DNA of 64,000 bases from Moorellales bacterium. Its GTDB lineage: Bacteria; Bacillota; DSM-521; Neomoorellales; SLTJ01. A model generated the notes under the pieces. That model was not told the origin of the DNA and searched no databases. It saw nothing but the letters and a program-made list of their open reading frames with translations. Position numbers and translations under genes: made by a program. The stretch spans positions 16,782 through 80,781 of the forward strand of contig JBNARC010000004.1 of assembly GCA_049719955.1 (NCBI GenBank). Direction: 5' to 3'. The number at the start of each line of letters is the position of its first letter. The first letter of the stretch is position 1. This document shows, in pieces, positions 8,802-16,638 of the stretch.

Positions 8802-9845
8802 GTGGACCTCGACGCGGTCCTGCGCGAGGCGGTAGAGCTGGGGGCCTCGGACGTACATATTACCGTGGGCCTGCCGCCGGTGTTCCGGATCCACGGCCAG
8901 TTGCGACGGCAGGACCACCTTCCGGTGGTGACCCCGTTGGTGGCCGAGCAGGTATTGCGCTCCCTGGTGCCGGAAGAGCTTTACCAGCGCTTTCAGAAGA
9001 CCGGCGACCTGGACTTCGCCTATTCCCTGGCCGGAGTGGGGCGTTTTCGGGTCAACGCCTTTAAGCAGCGGGGGAGCGTGGGCCTGGCTATGCGACTGAT
9101 AAATACCCGCATTCCCACTCTGGAGGAACTGGGCCTGCCGGCGGTGGTGGCGGAACTGGCCCGGCGGCCCAAAGGGCTGGTGCTGGTCACCGGCCCTACC
9201 GGCAGCGGCAAGTCCACTACTCTGGCGGCCATGATCGGGCTTATCAATCGGGAGCGGGCCTGCCATATCGTGACCCTGGAAGACCCCATCGAGTACGTGC
9301 ACCGGCACGGAAAGAGCGTAATCAATCAGCGAGAGGTTGGCAGCGACACCCTGAGCTTCGGGCAGGGGTTGCGGGCGGCTCTGCGGGAGGACCCGGACGT
9401 TATCATGGTGGGAGAGATGCGGGACCTGGAAACCATCTCCACTGCCATCACCGCCGCGGAGACCGGTCACCTGGTGCTGGCCAGCCTGCATACCGCCAGT
9501 GCCGCTCAAACCGTAGACCGCATAATCGACGTGTTTCCTCCCCACCAGCAGTCCCAGATCCGGGTGCAACTGGCCGACACGCTGGAGGGAATCGTCGCCC
9601 AGCAGTTGCTGGCCCGCGCCGACCGGCCCGGCCGGGTGGTGGCGGTGGAAGTGCTGGTGGCCACCCCGGCGGTGCGCAACCTGATCCGGGAGGGCAAAAG
9701 CCACCAGCTTCTCTCCGTGATGCAGACCGGCGCCCGGTACGGCATGTGCACCATGGAGGCCTCGGTACGGGAGTTGGTGCGGCAGGGCAAGGTGACGGCC
9801 GAGGAGGCGGCCCGGGTGCTGGGCAGCCTGGCAGGCGCCTACTGA
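8802..9845 (+). CDS. pilT: twitching-motility (retraction) ATPase PilT
   Basis: Contains 'GPTGSGKSTTLAAMI', 'REDPDVIMVGEMRD' and 'TGHLVLASLHT'. Length is 347 aa. Confidence 0.9.
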   Translation: MDLDAVLREAVELGASDVHITVGLPPVFRIHGQLRRQDHLPVVTPLVAEQVLRSLVPEELYQRFQKTGDLDFAYSLAGVGRFRVNAFKQRGSVGLAMRLINTRIPTLEELGLPAVVAELARRPKGLVLVTGPTGSGKSTTLAAMIGLINRERACHIVTLEDPIEYVHRHGKSVINQREVGSDTLSFGQGLRAALREDPDVIMVGEMRDLETISTAITAAETGHLVLASLHTASAAQTVDRIIDVFPPHQQSQIRVQLADTLEGIVAQQLLARADRPGRVVAVEVLVATPAVRNLIREGKSHQLLSVMQTGARYGMCTMEASVRELVRQGKVTAEEAARVLGSLAGAY

Positions 9846-9870
9846 GGGCGAGGTAAGGGAGGGGAGAAGA

Positions 9871-11094
9871 GTGCCTACCTACCGTTACCGGGCGCGCGAT
9901 GCCCGTGGCCGGCTTCACATCGGTACGCTGGAAGCAGAGAGCGAGGTGGCCGTGACCCAGGAACTGCGTCGGCAGCAGTTCTTCCCGGTGGAGGTGAGGC
10001 TCCAGCAGCGTGTGGGCCTCCCCTCCCTAGCCTGGTCAAAGGAAGGGTGGTTTTCTCCCCGGCCTAAGAGCGGCGACCTGGCTTTCTTGTGCCGCCAGCT
10101 CGCCACCCTGGTGGGGGCGGGAGTGCCGGTGGTGCCGGCCCTGCGGGCGCTGGCCGAGCAGACGGCCAACCGGGCGCTTAAGCTGGCCCTGCGCGGGGTG
10201 GTGGGGCGGGTGGAGGGCGGCGCGGCGCTGGCCGAGGCCCTGGACGCCTTTCCCCGCATCTTCCCCCGCCTGATGGTGCGCATGGTGGCGGTGGGCGAAG
10301 TGGGCGGCGTGCTGGACGAGGTGTTAGAGCGCCTGGCCGCACATTTTGAACGAGAGCACGAACTGTACCAGAAGATTCGTTCTGCCCTCACCTACCCGGC
10401 GTTCGTTTTTCTAGCCGCCGTGGCGGTAGTGATTTTTCTCTTCCTGTCCGTGCTTCCCGTCTTTGGGCGGATGCTGGCCTCTCTTAACGTGCCGCTGCCC
10501 CTGCCTACGCTGGTGATTTTGGGCATCGGGGAAGCAGGGCGAAAGTATTGGTATTTTGCACCCCTGCTTCCCGCGGTGGCAGCTTTAATTGTCCGGCAAC
10601 ACCGCTCCACGCCAGGGGGGCGGAAGTGGTGGGATCAACGTCTTCTTTACTTACCGCTAGTGGGCGGGCTGTACCGGCAAGTAATAGTGTCCCGCTTCAG
10701 CCGGAGTCTAAGCACGCTCCTGCGGGGCGGCGTGCCGTTGCTTCAGGCCTTGGAGGTACTGAAAGGGATACTGGGCAACCTGGTCATGGAGGAGGGGCTA
10801 GACCAGGTCCAGGAAGCCATCCGTCGCGGCGAAAGCTTGGTCGCAGCTTTGGAACGAACCGGACTATTCCCGCCAATGGTCACCCAAATGATCGCTGTAG
10901 GCGAGGAATCGGGCACGCTGGACGCCCTCCTGGAGCGGGTCAGCATATTTTACGACCGGGAGGTGGAGGCAGCTACCGCTCGGCTATCCAGCCTGATAGA
11001 GCCCATACTGATCCTGGTGATGGGCGGGGTGGTAGGTACGGTGGTGGTTTCGGTGTTGCTGCCCATGCTGACCGTAGTGCGGAACGTACGTTAG
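9871..11094 (+). CDS. pilC: type IV pilus platform protein PilC (T2SS F family)
   Basis: The 407-aa protein has two T2SF repeats ('FPRLMVRMVAVGEVGGVLDEVLERL' and 'FPPMVTQMIAVGEESGTLDALLERV') and three hydrophobic segments. Confidence 0.9.
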   Translation: MPTYRYRARDARGRLHIGTLEAESEVAVTQELRRQQFFPVEVRLQQRVGLPSLAWSKEGWFSPRPKSGDLAFLCRQLATLVGAGVPVVPALRALAEQTANRALKLALRGVVGRVEGGAALAEALDAFPRIFPRLMVRMVAVGEVGGVLDEVLERLAAHFEREHELYQKIRSALTYPAFVFLAAVAVVIFLFLSVLPVFGRMLASLNVPLPLPTLVILGIGEAGRKYWYFAPLLPAVAALIVRQHRSTPGGRKWWDQRLLYLPLVGGLYRQVIVSRFSRSLSTLLRGGVPLLQALEVLKGILGNLVMEEGLDQVQEAIRRGESLVAALERTGLFPPMVTQMIAVGEESGTLDALLERVSIFYDREVEAATARLSSLIEPILILVMGGVVGTVVVSVLLPMLTVVRNVR

Positions 11095-11150
11095 TTGGGG
11101 TCGAAGATTTTTTTGATCCCCCGCGAAAAGAGGAAGGAGTTGGCTAGGTG

Positions 11151-11179
11151 TTGTAGAATAGCAAGGGTACAAATATTAA
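11151..11179 (+). promoter_or_regulatory. candidate sigma-A promoter for the pilA leader
   Basis: TTGTAG (11151-11156), a 17-nt spacer, then TATTAA (11174-11179). It lies in an AT-rich patch just upstream of the riboswitch. Confidence 0.45.
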
Positions 11180-11204
11180 TCTAAGTAAATCTTCGGGTAT
11201 TGGA

Positions 11205-11302
11205 GAGGATACCGAAAGGGCAAACCCGGCGAAAGTCGGGGGCGCAAAGCCGCGGGCCTAAGGACCGAGGGCGGGTCTAAGGTGGCCGGGCTGCCGAAGT
11301 CG
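11205..11302 (+). promoter_or_regulatory. c-di-GMP-I (GEMM-I) riboswitch aptamer
   Basis: 'AAAGGGCAAACCCGGCGAAAGUCGGGGGCGCAAAGCCGCGGGCCUAAGGACC...GGUCUAAGGUGGCCGGGCUGCCGAAG' aligns almost position for position with the Vibrio Vc2 aptamer. Shared elements are GGGCAAACC, a GAAA tetraloop, GGGACGCAAAGCC, CCGGCCUAA and GGUAGCGGGGUUACCGA. Confidence 0.85.
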
Positions 11303-11331
11303 ACCAAGAGCGGCAGCTCGGTTTAGTTTTT
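11288..11331 (+). terminator. intrinsic terminator forming the riboswitch expression platform
   Basis: The stem pairs GCTGCCG (11290-11296) with CGGCAGC (11311-11317), around a 14-nt loop, and is followed by GGTTTAGTTTTT. The 5' arm is also the 3' strand of the aptamer. Confidence 0.65.
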
Positions 11332-11550
11332 GCGGGCGGACAGAAGCGGGGGTGAGGAAGGAGGAAAGGGAAGGACGGTTGAAGCCCAGAATACGTAGCG
11401 GCGTGCTTCGGTCTTCGGCTACTTAAGTAACGGTGGTGCGAGAAAAGCTGTGGACTGGGCGGCAAATGCGGCCCGACATCGGAAAACATCAAGAGGTACT
11501 TAGAGGTTCGACCCAACGGAAAGTTTGATTTGGTAAGGAGGCGAGTGGGA

Positions 11551-11970
11551 ATGCGTTGGATGCGGAGGCAACTTAACCGCGCCCGTCGTGACCGGGGTTT
11601 CACGCTCATTGAGTTGATGGTGGTTATAATCATTATCGGCATCTTGGCTGCTATTGTCCTGCCGAACTACTTGGACTTGGGAGAGAAGGCCAAGAAGGGT
11701 CGGGCCAAAGGGGAGCTGAAGGCCCTGGGTGCGGCAGTCGGGCTTTATCGTGCGGATAAGGGTGTGTGGCCGGAGGATACCGACCTGGAAGGCAACCTCG
11801 AGGACTATGGTTTTAGCGAGCGGCCTGACGATCCATGGGGAAAGGAATACAAGTGGGATAAGAACAATAAGTACATCTACAGCCTAGGTCCTAACGGGGA
11901 ATGGAATAGCTACGGTGGGGATGACATTTATTACGATGCTAATAAGCAGAAATTCGGACCCAATATCTAG
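11551..11970 (+). CDS. pilA: major type IV pilin (GspG/PulG-like pseudopilin fold)
   Basis: ATG 11551 follows TAAGGAGG. The prepilin leader 'MRWMRRQLNRARRDRG|FTLIELMVVIIIIGILAAIVLPNY' is present, and the C-terminal 'DPWGKEYKW...GPNGEW...GGDDIYY' is T2SS-G-like. Confidence 0.9.
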   Translation: MRWMRRQLNRARRDRGFTLIELMVVIIIIGILAAIVLPNYLDLGEKAKKGRAKGELKALGAAVGLYRADKGVWPEDTDLEGNLEDYGFSERPDDPWGKEYKWDKNNKYIYSLGPNGEWNSYGGDDIYYDANKQKFGPNI

Positions 11971-12028
11971 CCTAGGCGGGGTTGGTGTCAGGCCGACGAG
12001 AGCCTAAGCGGTTCGGGGAGATTGGACG

Positions 12029-12781
12029 GTGGAACAGGGGCTGGTTGTTATACTCGGCCTGGCAGTAGGAAGTTTCCTCAATGTGTGCATCTATCGTCTT
12101 CCCAGGGGGGAATCATTGGCGTTCCCCCCTTCTCGTTGTCCGACCTGTGGACACCGGTTGGCGCCGCAGGATTTGGTGCCGGTGCTGAGCTACCTATGGC
12201 TCAGGGGGCGCTGCCGCTACTGCGGGGAGAGGATCTCCCCTCTGTATCCCCTGGTGGAGCTGGGTGCCGGCGGCCTTTTTGGGCTACTCTACAGCATGTA
12301 TGGGCTTTCACCCGAGCTGATAAGCCGGCTAGTGCTGGCCTCGGGACTCCTGGTGGCGGCAGTGATTGACCTGCGCCATTACCGGATTCCCAACCAGTTG
12401 GTGGTGTTTCTGACTGTCGCCGCGCCCCTCCTTAACCTGTGGACCCGCGAACTCCCCTGGTGGCAGGTGCTGGCCGGCGCGGCGGTGGGGGCGGGGATTC
12501 TGGGGGCGTTGGCCGTCTTGAGCCGGGGCGGCATGGGCGAGGGAGATGTGAAGTTGGCCGCGGCTACTGGCCTCTACCTGGGTCCGGCGGGCCAGGTCCT
12601 GGCCATATTTCTGGCCGCGGCCGCGGGGGCCATGGTGGGGGGAGTGCTGATCGCGAGCGGCCGCAAGAAGCGCCGGGATCCTATTCCTTTTGCGCCCTTT
12701 TTGGGCATCGGTAGCTTCATTACTTACGTGTGGGGAGCGGACTTGTGGCGGCTTTATCTTTCCTGGGCGGGCCTAATGTAG
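12029..12781 (+). CDS. pilD: prepilin peptidase / N-methyltransferase (A24 family)
   Basis: Contains 'GSFLNVCIYRLP', the zinc motif 'CPTCGHRL...CRYCGERI', and the catalytic regions 'AAVIDLRHYRIPN' and 'GMGEGDVKLAAATG'. Confidence 0.9.
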   Translation: MEQGLVVILGLAVGSFLNVCIYRLPRGESLAFPPSRCPTCGHRLAPQDLVPVLSYLWLRGRCRYCGERISPLYPLVELGAGGLFGLLYSMYGLSPELISRLVLASGLLVAAVIDLRHYRIPNQLVVFLTVAAPLLNLWTRELPWWQVLAGAAVGAGILGALAVLSRGGMGEGDVKLAAATGLYLGPAGQVLAIFLAAAAGAMVGGVLIASGRKKRRDPIPFAPFLGIGSFITYVWGADLWRLYLSWAGLM

Positions 12782-12848
12782 CCGGATGCGCCTTTTAATC
12801 AAGGGAGCCGGGCAATGGGGCCATCGATGCGGGAGCGGTGTGGTATAG

Positions 12849-14993
12849 GTGCGATACCAAGGTGAAACCGGACGCGAGGTGTTGCTTTTGCCCGGGCGGG
12901 TGGTCACTATGGAGGGGCAGCAGGCCGGCGAGAGTTCGGCGCGAGCCTCTCCCGTGGCCTTTGCTCGCGCCCTATGGTCCAGGTCGGTTTGGCGGGAGCA
13001 AAATTACGCCTTCCTGGTCCTGCTAGCTGCGGTGGGTCTACTGCCCCTTTTCCACAATGGGTACCAGCATCCCGCCACCAGGTGGGTGGGGTTCGCAGTG
13101 GCGGCCGCTACCTTCTGGGCGGCCGGAGGCGAACCGAAGTACAAATCCTTGTCTACCAGACCGGCAACCGACGTCCGGGTCTTTGCGGCCGTTCTTGCCT
13201 ACGTGCTCTGGGCGGGCGGGAGCGTTTTTTGGTCAGTGAACCGGACGAATTCGCTAGGGGAATGGTTTTACCTGGGCACCTACGGGTCGGCCTTCTACCT
13301 TGCCTACGGTTACCTTTCCCGCCAGGAAGCCGCCAAGCTGGTTCGGTTTCTCGTAATCTTTGGCTCCCTACTTTCCGTTGCCGGCATCGCGGAGTACTTG
13401 CTTCTGAACCCTGGCCGGATAGTCGCAACCTTCATAAACCCCAACCCTCTCGGTGGGTACCTGGCCATGCTTTGCCTACTGGCCCTGCCCCGGTGGCTTA
13501 CGGCGGCGGAAAACGGTCGCGGTCGGTGTTTTCTTTTCGGCGGTCTGGGCGCCTTTGCCGTCCGTCCGGCGCTCTCCCTTGCTTTGTTGCTCATGCTAAC
13601 CGGTTTGGCCCTCACCGGGTCCCGCGGAGCCTGGATGGCTTTTGCCTTCGGCTCTGCAGCGCTGTTTATCTTGCGCCCCCGGGCCCGGAGCTTGCGAGTG
13701 GGGTGCGCCTTCGGCCTGCTGCTGGCCGTGGTAGCGCTGGTCGCCGTAGGTCTAGCGCATATCGCGGCCTGGTTACAGCAAACTGAAGGGGCGCGGTGGC
13801 TTGCCGGGAGGCTTCTAGAGGCCAACCTCATCCGGGCGGAGAGTTTCGGCTCTAGCTCCGTCGGTGGTCGTCTTTCCTTTTGGGGGGTGGCACTCCGAGA
13901 GGCGGCGGCGCGACTGCTAACCGGCTTCGGCCTGGGCAATTATCATGAGGTCTACTTCCTCTATTGGCCGGGAGACGAGTTTTACTCCAAGTACGCCCAT
14001 AACCACTATCTCCAGACCGCTGCCGACCTAGGCCTTCCCGGGGCCATCCTCCTAGCCCTGGCCTTGTCCCTCTTGGCCACGGCTCTATGGGGCCGGGTTC
14101 GGCGTTTGCGGGCGCACCCCCTTCCCCTAGGCCTGTTTGCCTCCTGCCTTGCCTTCCTGTTTCATAGCGGGGTGGACTTCACCTGGGATATGCCCGCCGT
14201 AACCCTCACCTTTTGGGTGCTGGCCGGAACCGCCTTGGGGCTGAGTCGCAACCATAGGGTCCCAACAGGCATGAACCGATACCGAGTGGCCTTCCGGGCG
14301 GTGGCGCTGGCCACGGCACTTCTGGCCGTCCACGCCTGGGTGGTAGACCACTATTTGAATCTAGGAGTGGAGGCGGCCCGGGAAGGCGAAAGCTCTCGAG
14401 CGTTGGCGTCGTGGCAAAAGGTCGAGGTGCTGGCGCCGTGGTCGCCTGCTCCCTGGTACTATAGGAGTCGGCTTTGGACCGGGGAGCCGAACCGGGGGGA
14501 GAGGGCGGCGGCCGAGGCGGTTAGACGTTCTCCCTACGATAAGGATCTTCGCCTAATACTGGCCCGCTTTCAGGAGCAGCTCGGCCATATGGAAGCAGCC
14601 GAAGAGAATCTGCGCCTGGCCCTGAGTCTGGGCGGTTACTACCCTGGTCCCCATCTTACCTTGGGACAATTCTATTTGCGTCAGGCTCGGTGGTCGGAGG
14701 CGGAAGAGGTAATGGCCCGGGGCCTGGCATTGAAGGACTTCGCCCTGGCCCGGGCTCCTAACGCCAAGGAGACAGCGCGCCTGGAGGAGCAGATCCTGGG
14801 GCTGCGACTGGGTCTGAGCCGGGCCTACGCAGAACAGGGGCGCTTCGAGGCGGCGGTGCAGCAGCTTACCGAAGTGCTGCGGGCTCACCCCAACCATGAG
14901 GCGGCGCGGCAACTACTGGAGCGTTACCGCGCCCAAGCGGCGATGGCCACCGAGCAGGAAAGGCTTCCTCAGATGTCGAATGGGGGCTACTGA
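12849..14993 (+). CDS. polytopic O-antigen ligase-like (Wzy_C) membrane protein with a C-terminal TPR domain; candidate pilin O-oligosaccharyltransferase
   Basis: The 714-aa protein has at least 10 hydrophobic helices. The Wzy_C signature 'YAHNHYLQTAADLGLPGAILL' is present. C-terminal TPR-like repeats include 'LTLGQFYLRQARWSEAEEVMARGLAL' and 'YAEQGRFEAAVQQLTEVLRAHPNHEAA'. The start is uncertain (GTG 12849 or ATG 12909). Confidence 0.75.
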   Translation: MRYQGETGREVLLLPGRVVTMEGQQAGESSARASPVAFARALWSRSVWREQNYAFLVLLAAVGLLPLFHNGYQHPATRWVGFAVAAATFWAAGGEPKYKSLSTRPATDVRVFAAVLAYVLWAGGSVFWSVNRTNSLGEWFYLGTYGSAFYLAYGYLSRQEAAKLVRFLVIFGSLLSVAGIAEYLLLNPGRIVATFINPNPLGGYLAMLCLLALPRWLTAAENGRGRCFLFGGLGAFAVRPALSLALLLMLTGLALTGSRGAWMAFAFGSAALFILRPRARSLRVGCAFGLLLAVVALVAVGLAHIAAWLQQTEGARWLAGRLLEANLIRAESFGSSSVGGRLSFWGVALREAAARLLTGFGLGNYHEVYFLYWPGDEFYSKYAHNHYLQTAADLGLPGAILLALALSLLATALWGRVRRLRAHPLPLGLFASCLAFLFHSGVDFTWDMPAVTLTFWVLAGTALGLSRNHRVPTGMNRYRVAFRAVALATALLAVHAWVVDHYLNLGVEAAREGESSRALASWQKVEVLAPWSPAPWYYRSRLWTGEPNRGERAAAEAVRRSPYDKDLRLILARFQEQLGHMEAAEENLRLALSLGGYYPGPHLTLGQFYLRQARWSEAEEVMARGLALKDFALARAPNAKETARLEEQILGLRLGLSRAYAEQGRFEAAVQQLTEVLRAHPNHEAARQLLERYRAQAAMATEQERLPQMSNGGY

Positions 14994-15002
14994 GGGAGGA
15001 AT

Positions 15003-15506
15003 ATGCTGAAGATCAAGCGCCCTTGGCCTAGTGTGTCTGGATGTCCTGGTTTTACCCTTTTGGAGGTCCTAATGGTGGCGGTAATTTTGGGGATTCTGGC
15101 TGCCACCGTGGCCCCCCAGGGTGCGGCGCTAGTACAGTCCTACCGGCTAAAGGAGGCGGCGGAAATGGTGGCCGCCGATCTCCGGCTGGTACAGCAGCGG
15201 GCGGTGGCCGGTGAGGGCCGGAACTGGCGCCTAATCTTCAACCTGGGAGGCAACCGGAGCCGATACCTGGTACAGCAGGGTACCGGGGGAGTGAACCTGA
15301 TCCGGGACTTGCCTAAAGGCATAGTTTTCGACGGAGACATCAAGGTTGGGGCAGCGTACAATGAGGTGTGGTTTGACTTAGAGGGTACGCCTAACTCCGG
15401 GGTGGTGGACATCGTCATCCCCCTGAAGGACGAGCAGAGCGGCCGTTATCTTTTTGTCCAGGTTGGCGGGACTACCGGTCGAGTATCGGTTACCGAGCGC
15501 CTGTAG
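15003..15506 (+). CDS. minor pilin (GspH/FimT-like), prepilin-type N-terminal cleavage/methylation domain
   Basis: The leader 'PG|FTLLEVLMVAVILGILAATVAP' is present, in pilus-operon context. Confidence 0.8.
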   Translation: MLKIKRPWPSVSGCPGFTLLEVLMVAVILGILAATVAPQGAALVQSYRLKEAAEMVAADLRLVQQRAVAGEGRNWRLIFNLGGNRSRYLVQQGTGGVNLIRDLPKGIVFDGDIKVGAAYNEVWFDLEGTPNSGVVDIVIPLKDEQSGRYLFVQVGGTTGRVSVTERL

Positions 15507-15543
15507 GGTGGCGCTCGGTTAGGAGTCCAGGAGCGGATGGCTA

Positions 15544-15993
15544 ATGGGGCGAACCGGGCCAAGGAAGAGGGTACGCGAGGATGGTTTTACTCTTATAGAA
15601 GTACTTGCGGCCCTGGCCATTCTGGCCGTAGCCCTGATACCACTTATGGATGTATTCGGGCAGAGCCTAAGACTGGGAGAGCAGGCAGGCGAGGAAAGTG
15701 TTGTAACCTATCTGGCGCAGGAAAAGATGGAGCAGTATCTCTTCTGGTTCCGCCAGCACCGAGGCCAGGGTCTGGAACTTCGGGCCAAGCTCGAGGCGGA
15801 TCACGTTGACCTCGATCCTGACGACGGCGAGGATCCCGAGTTTCGGCCTTTAGACGATTTCCCCGGCTACGCCTATCGGGCCTGGTTGGCTCCGGAATAC
15901 GGTAACGGCGAAGCCAGGCAGTTGCGGCGGCTTAAGGTGGAAGTTAGGGGGCCAGAGGGCCGGCCGGTCGTGCTAACCACTTTGGTTTGGTGA
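15544..15993 (+). CDS. minor pilin (PilV/GspI-like)
   Basis: The leader 'REDG|FTLIEVLAALAILAVALIPL' is present. Length is 149 aa. Confidence 0.8.
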   Translation: MGRTGPRKRVREDGFTLIEVLAALAILAVALIPLMDVFGQSLRLGEQAGEESVVTYLAQEKMEQYLFWFRQHRGQGLELRAKLEADHVDLDPDDGEDPEFRPLDDFPGYAYRAWLAPEYGNGEARQLRRLKVEVRGPEGRPVVLTTLVW

Positions 15994-16006
15994 GGACTAA
16001 GGGACC

Positions 16007-16588
16007 ATGGTGAATCATCAGTCCCTGAGAAGGTCGCCTGGAGGACAGAGGCGGTTGCGCCTTGGCGACGGCGGGTTTACGCTTCTGGAGGCCCTCTTGG
16101 CTGCCATGTTGATGGTAACCGTCGTGGCCTCGGCCTACGTCCTGCTTGAGCAAGGGGCGCTCTCGTGGCAGGTGCAGGCCGACCGGCGGGAGGCCCGGGA
16201 GAACTTGCGCGTGGCCCTGGCCAGAATAGGTAAGTACGCCCGGGAAGCCACGGGAGTAAAGGTAGAGGCCAACGGAGCCGCGCTCACCCTTTCCTGGTAC
16301 GATCTGAGTAACGCTCAGTGGAAGCAAATCCGCTACCAGGTAATGCGGGGCGCCCTTTGGGAAGGGCGCCGCAACAAGTCCGGTCCGGAATGGGTATCTA
16401 CGCCCAACCCTTCGACCGACTACGTCTGGAAGGTGTTGGCCGAGCGCATAGTGGAAGCCCGGTTTACGACCGAGGGAAACGGAGACGCCAGGCTGGTGAG
16501 CGTGGGGCTGGTCGCGAGGGACCGTCGCGGAGTTGAGCAGGCGGTGAGTACCAAGTTAATGGCGCGGGTGGTCTCGGTGAATCCGTAG
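16007..16588 (+). CDS. minor pilin (PilW/GspJ-like)
   Basis: The leader 'GDGG|FTLLEALLAAMLMVTVV' is present. Length is 193 aa. Confidence 0.8.
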   Translation: MVNHQSLRRSPGGQRRLRLGDGGFTLLEALLAAMLMVTVVASAYVLLEQGALSWQVQADRREARENLRVALARIGKYAREATGVKVEANGAALTLSWYDLSNAQWKQIRYQVMRGALWEGRRNKSGPEWVSTPNPSTDYVWKVLAERIVEARFTTEGNGDARLVSVGLVARDRRGVEQAVSTKLMARVVSVNP

Positions 16589-16638
16589 CCCTTCGGGACA
16601 AGCCTGGAAAGCATCTGCCGGACAAGGGGCGGGCTTCG

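Noticed and set aside
11095-11125. A hairpin with a T-run (GGGGTCGAAGATTTTTTTGATCCCC) after pilC, considered as a terminator.
   Set aside because: Only about 4 bp can pair and the T-run lies in the loop, not after the stem. This is not a convincing intrinsic terminator.
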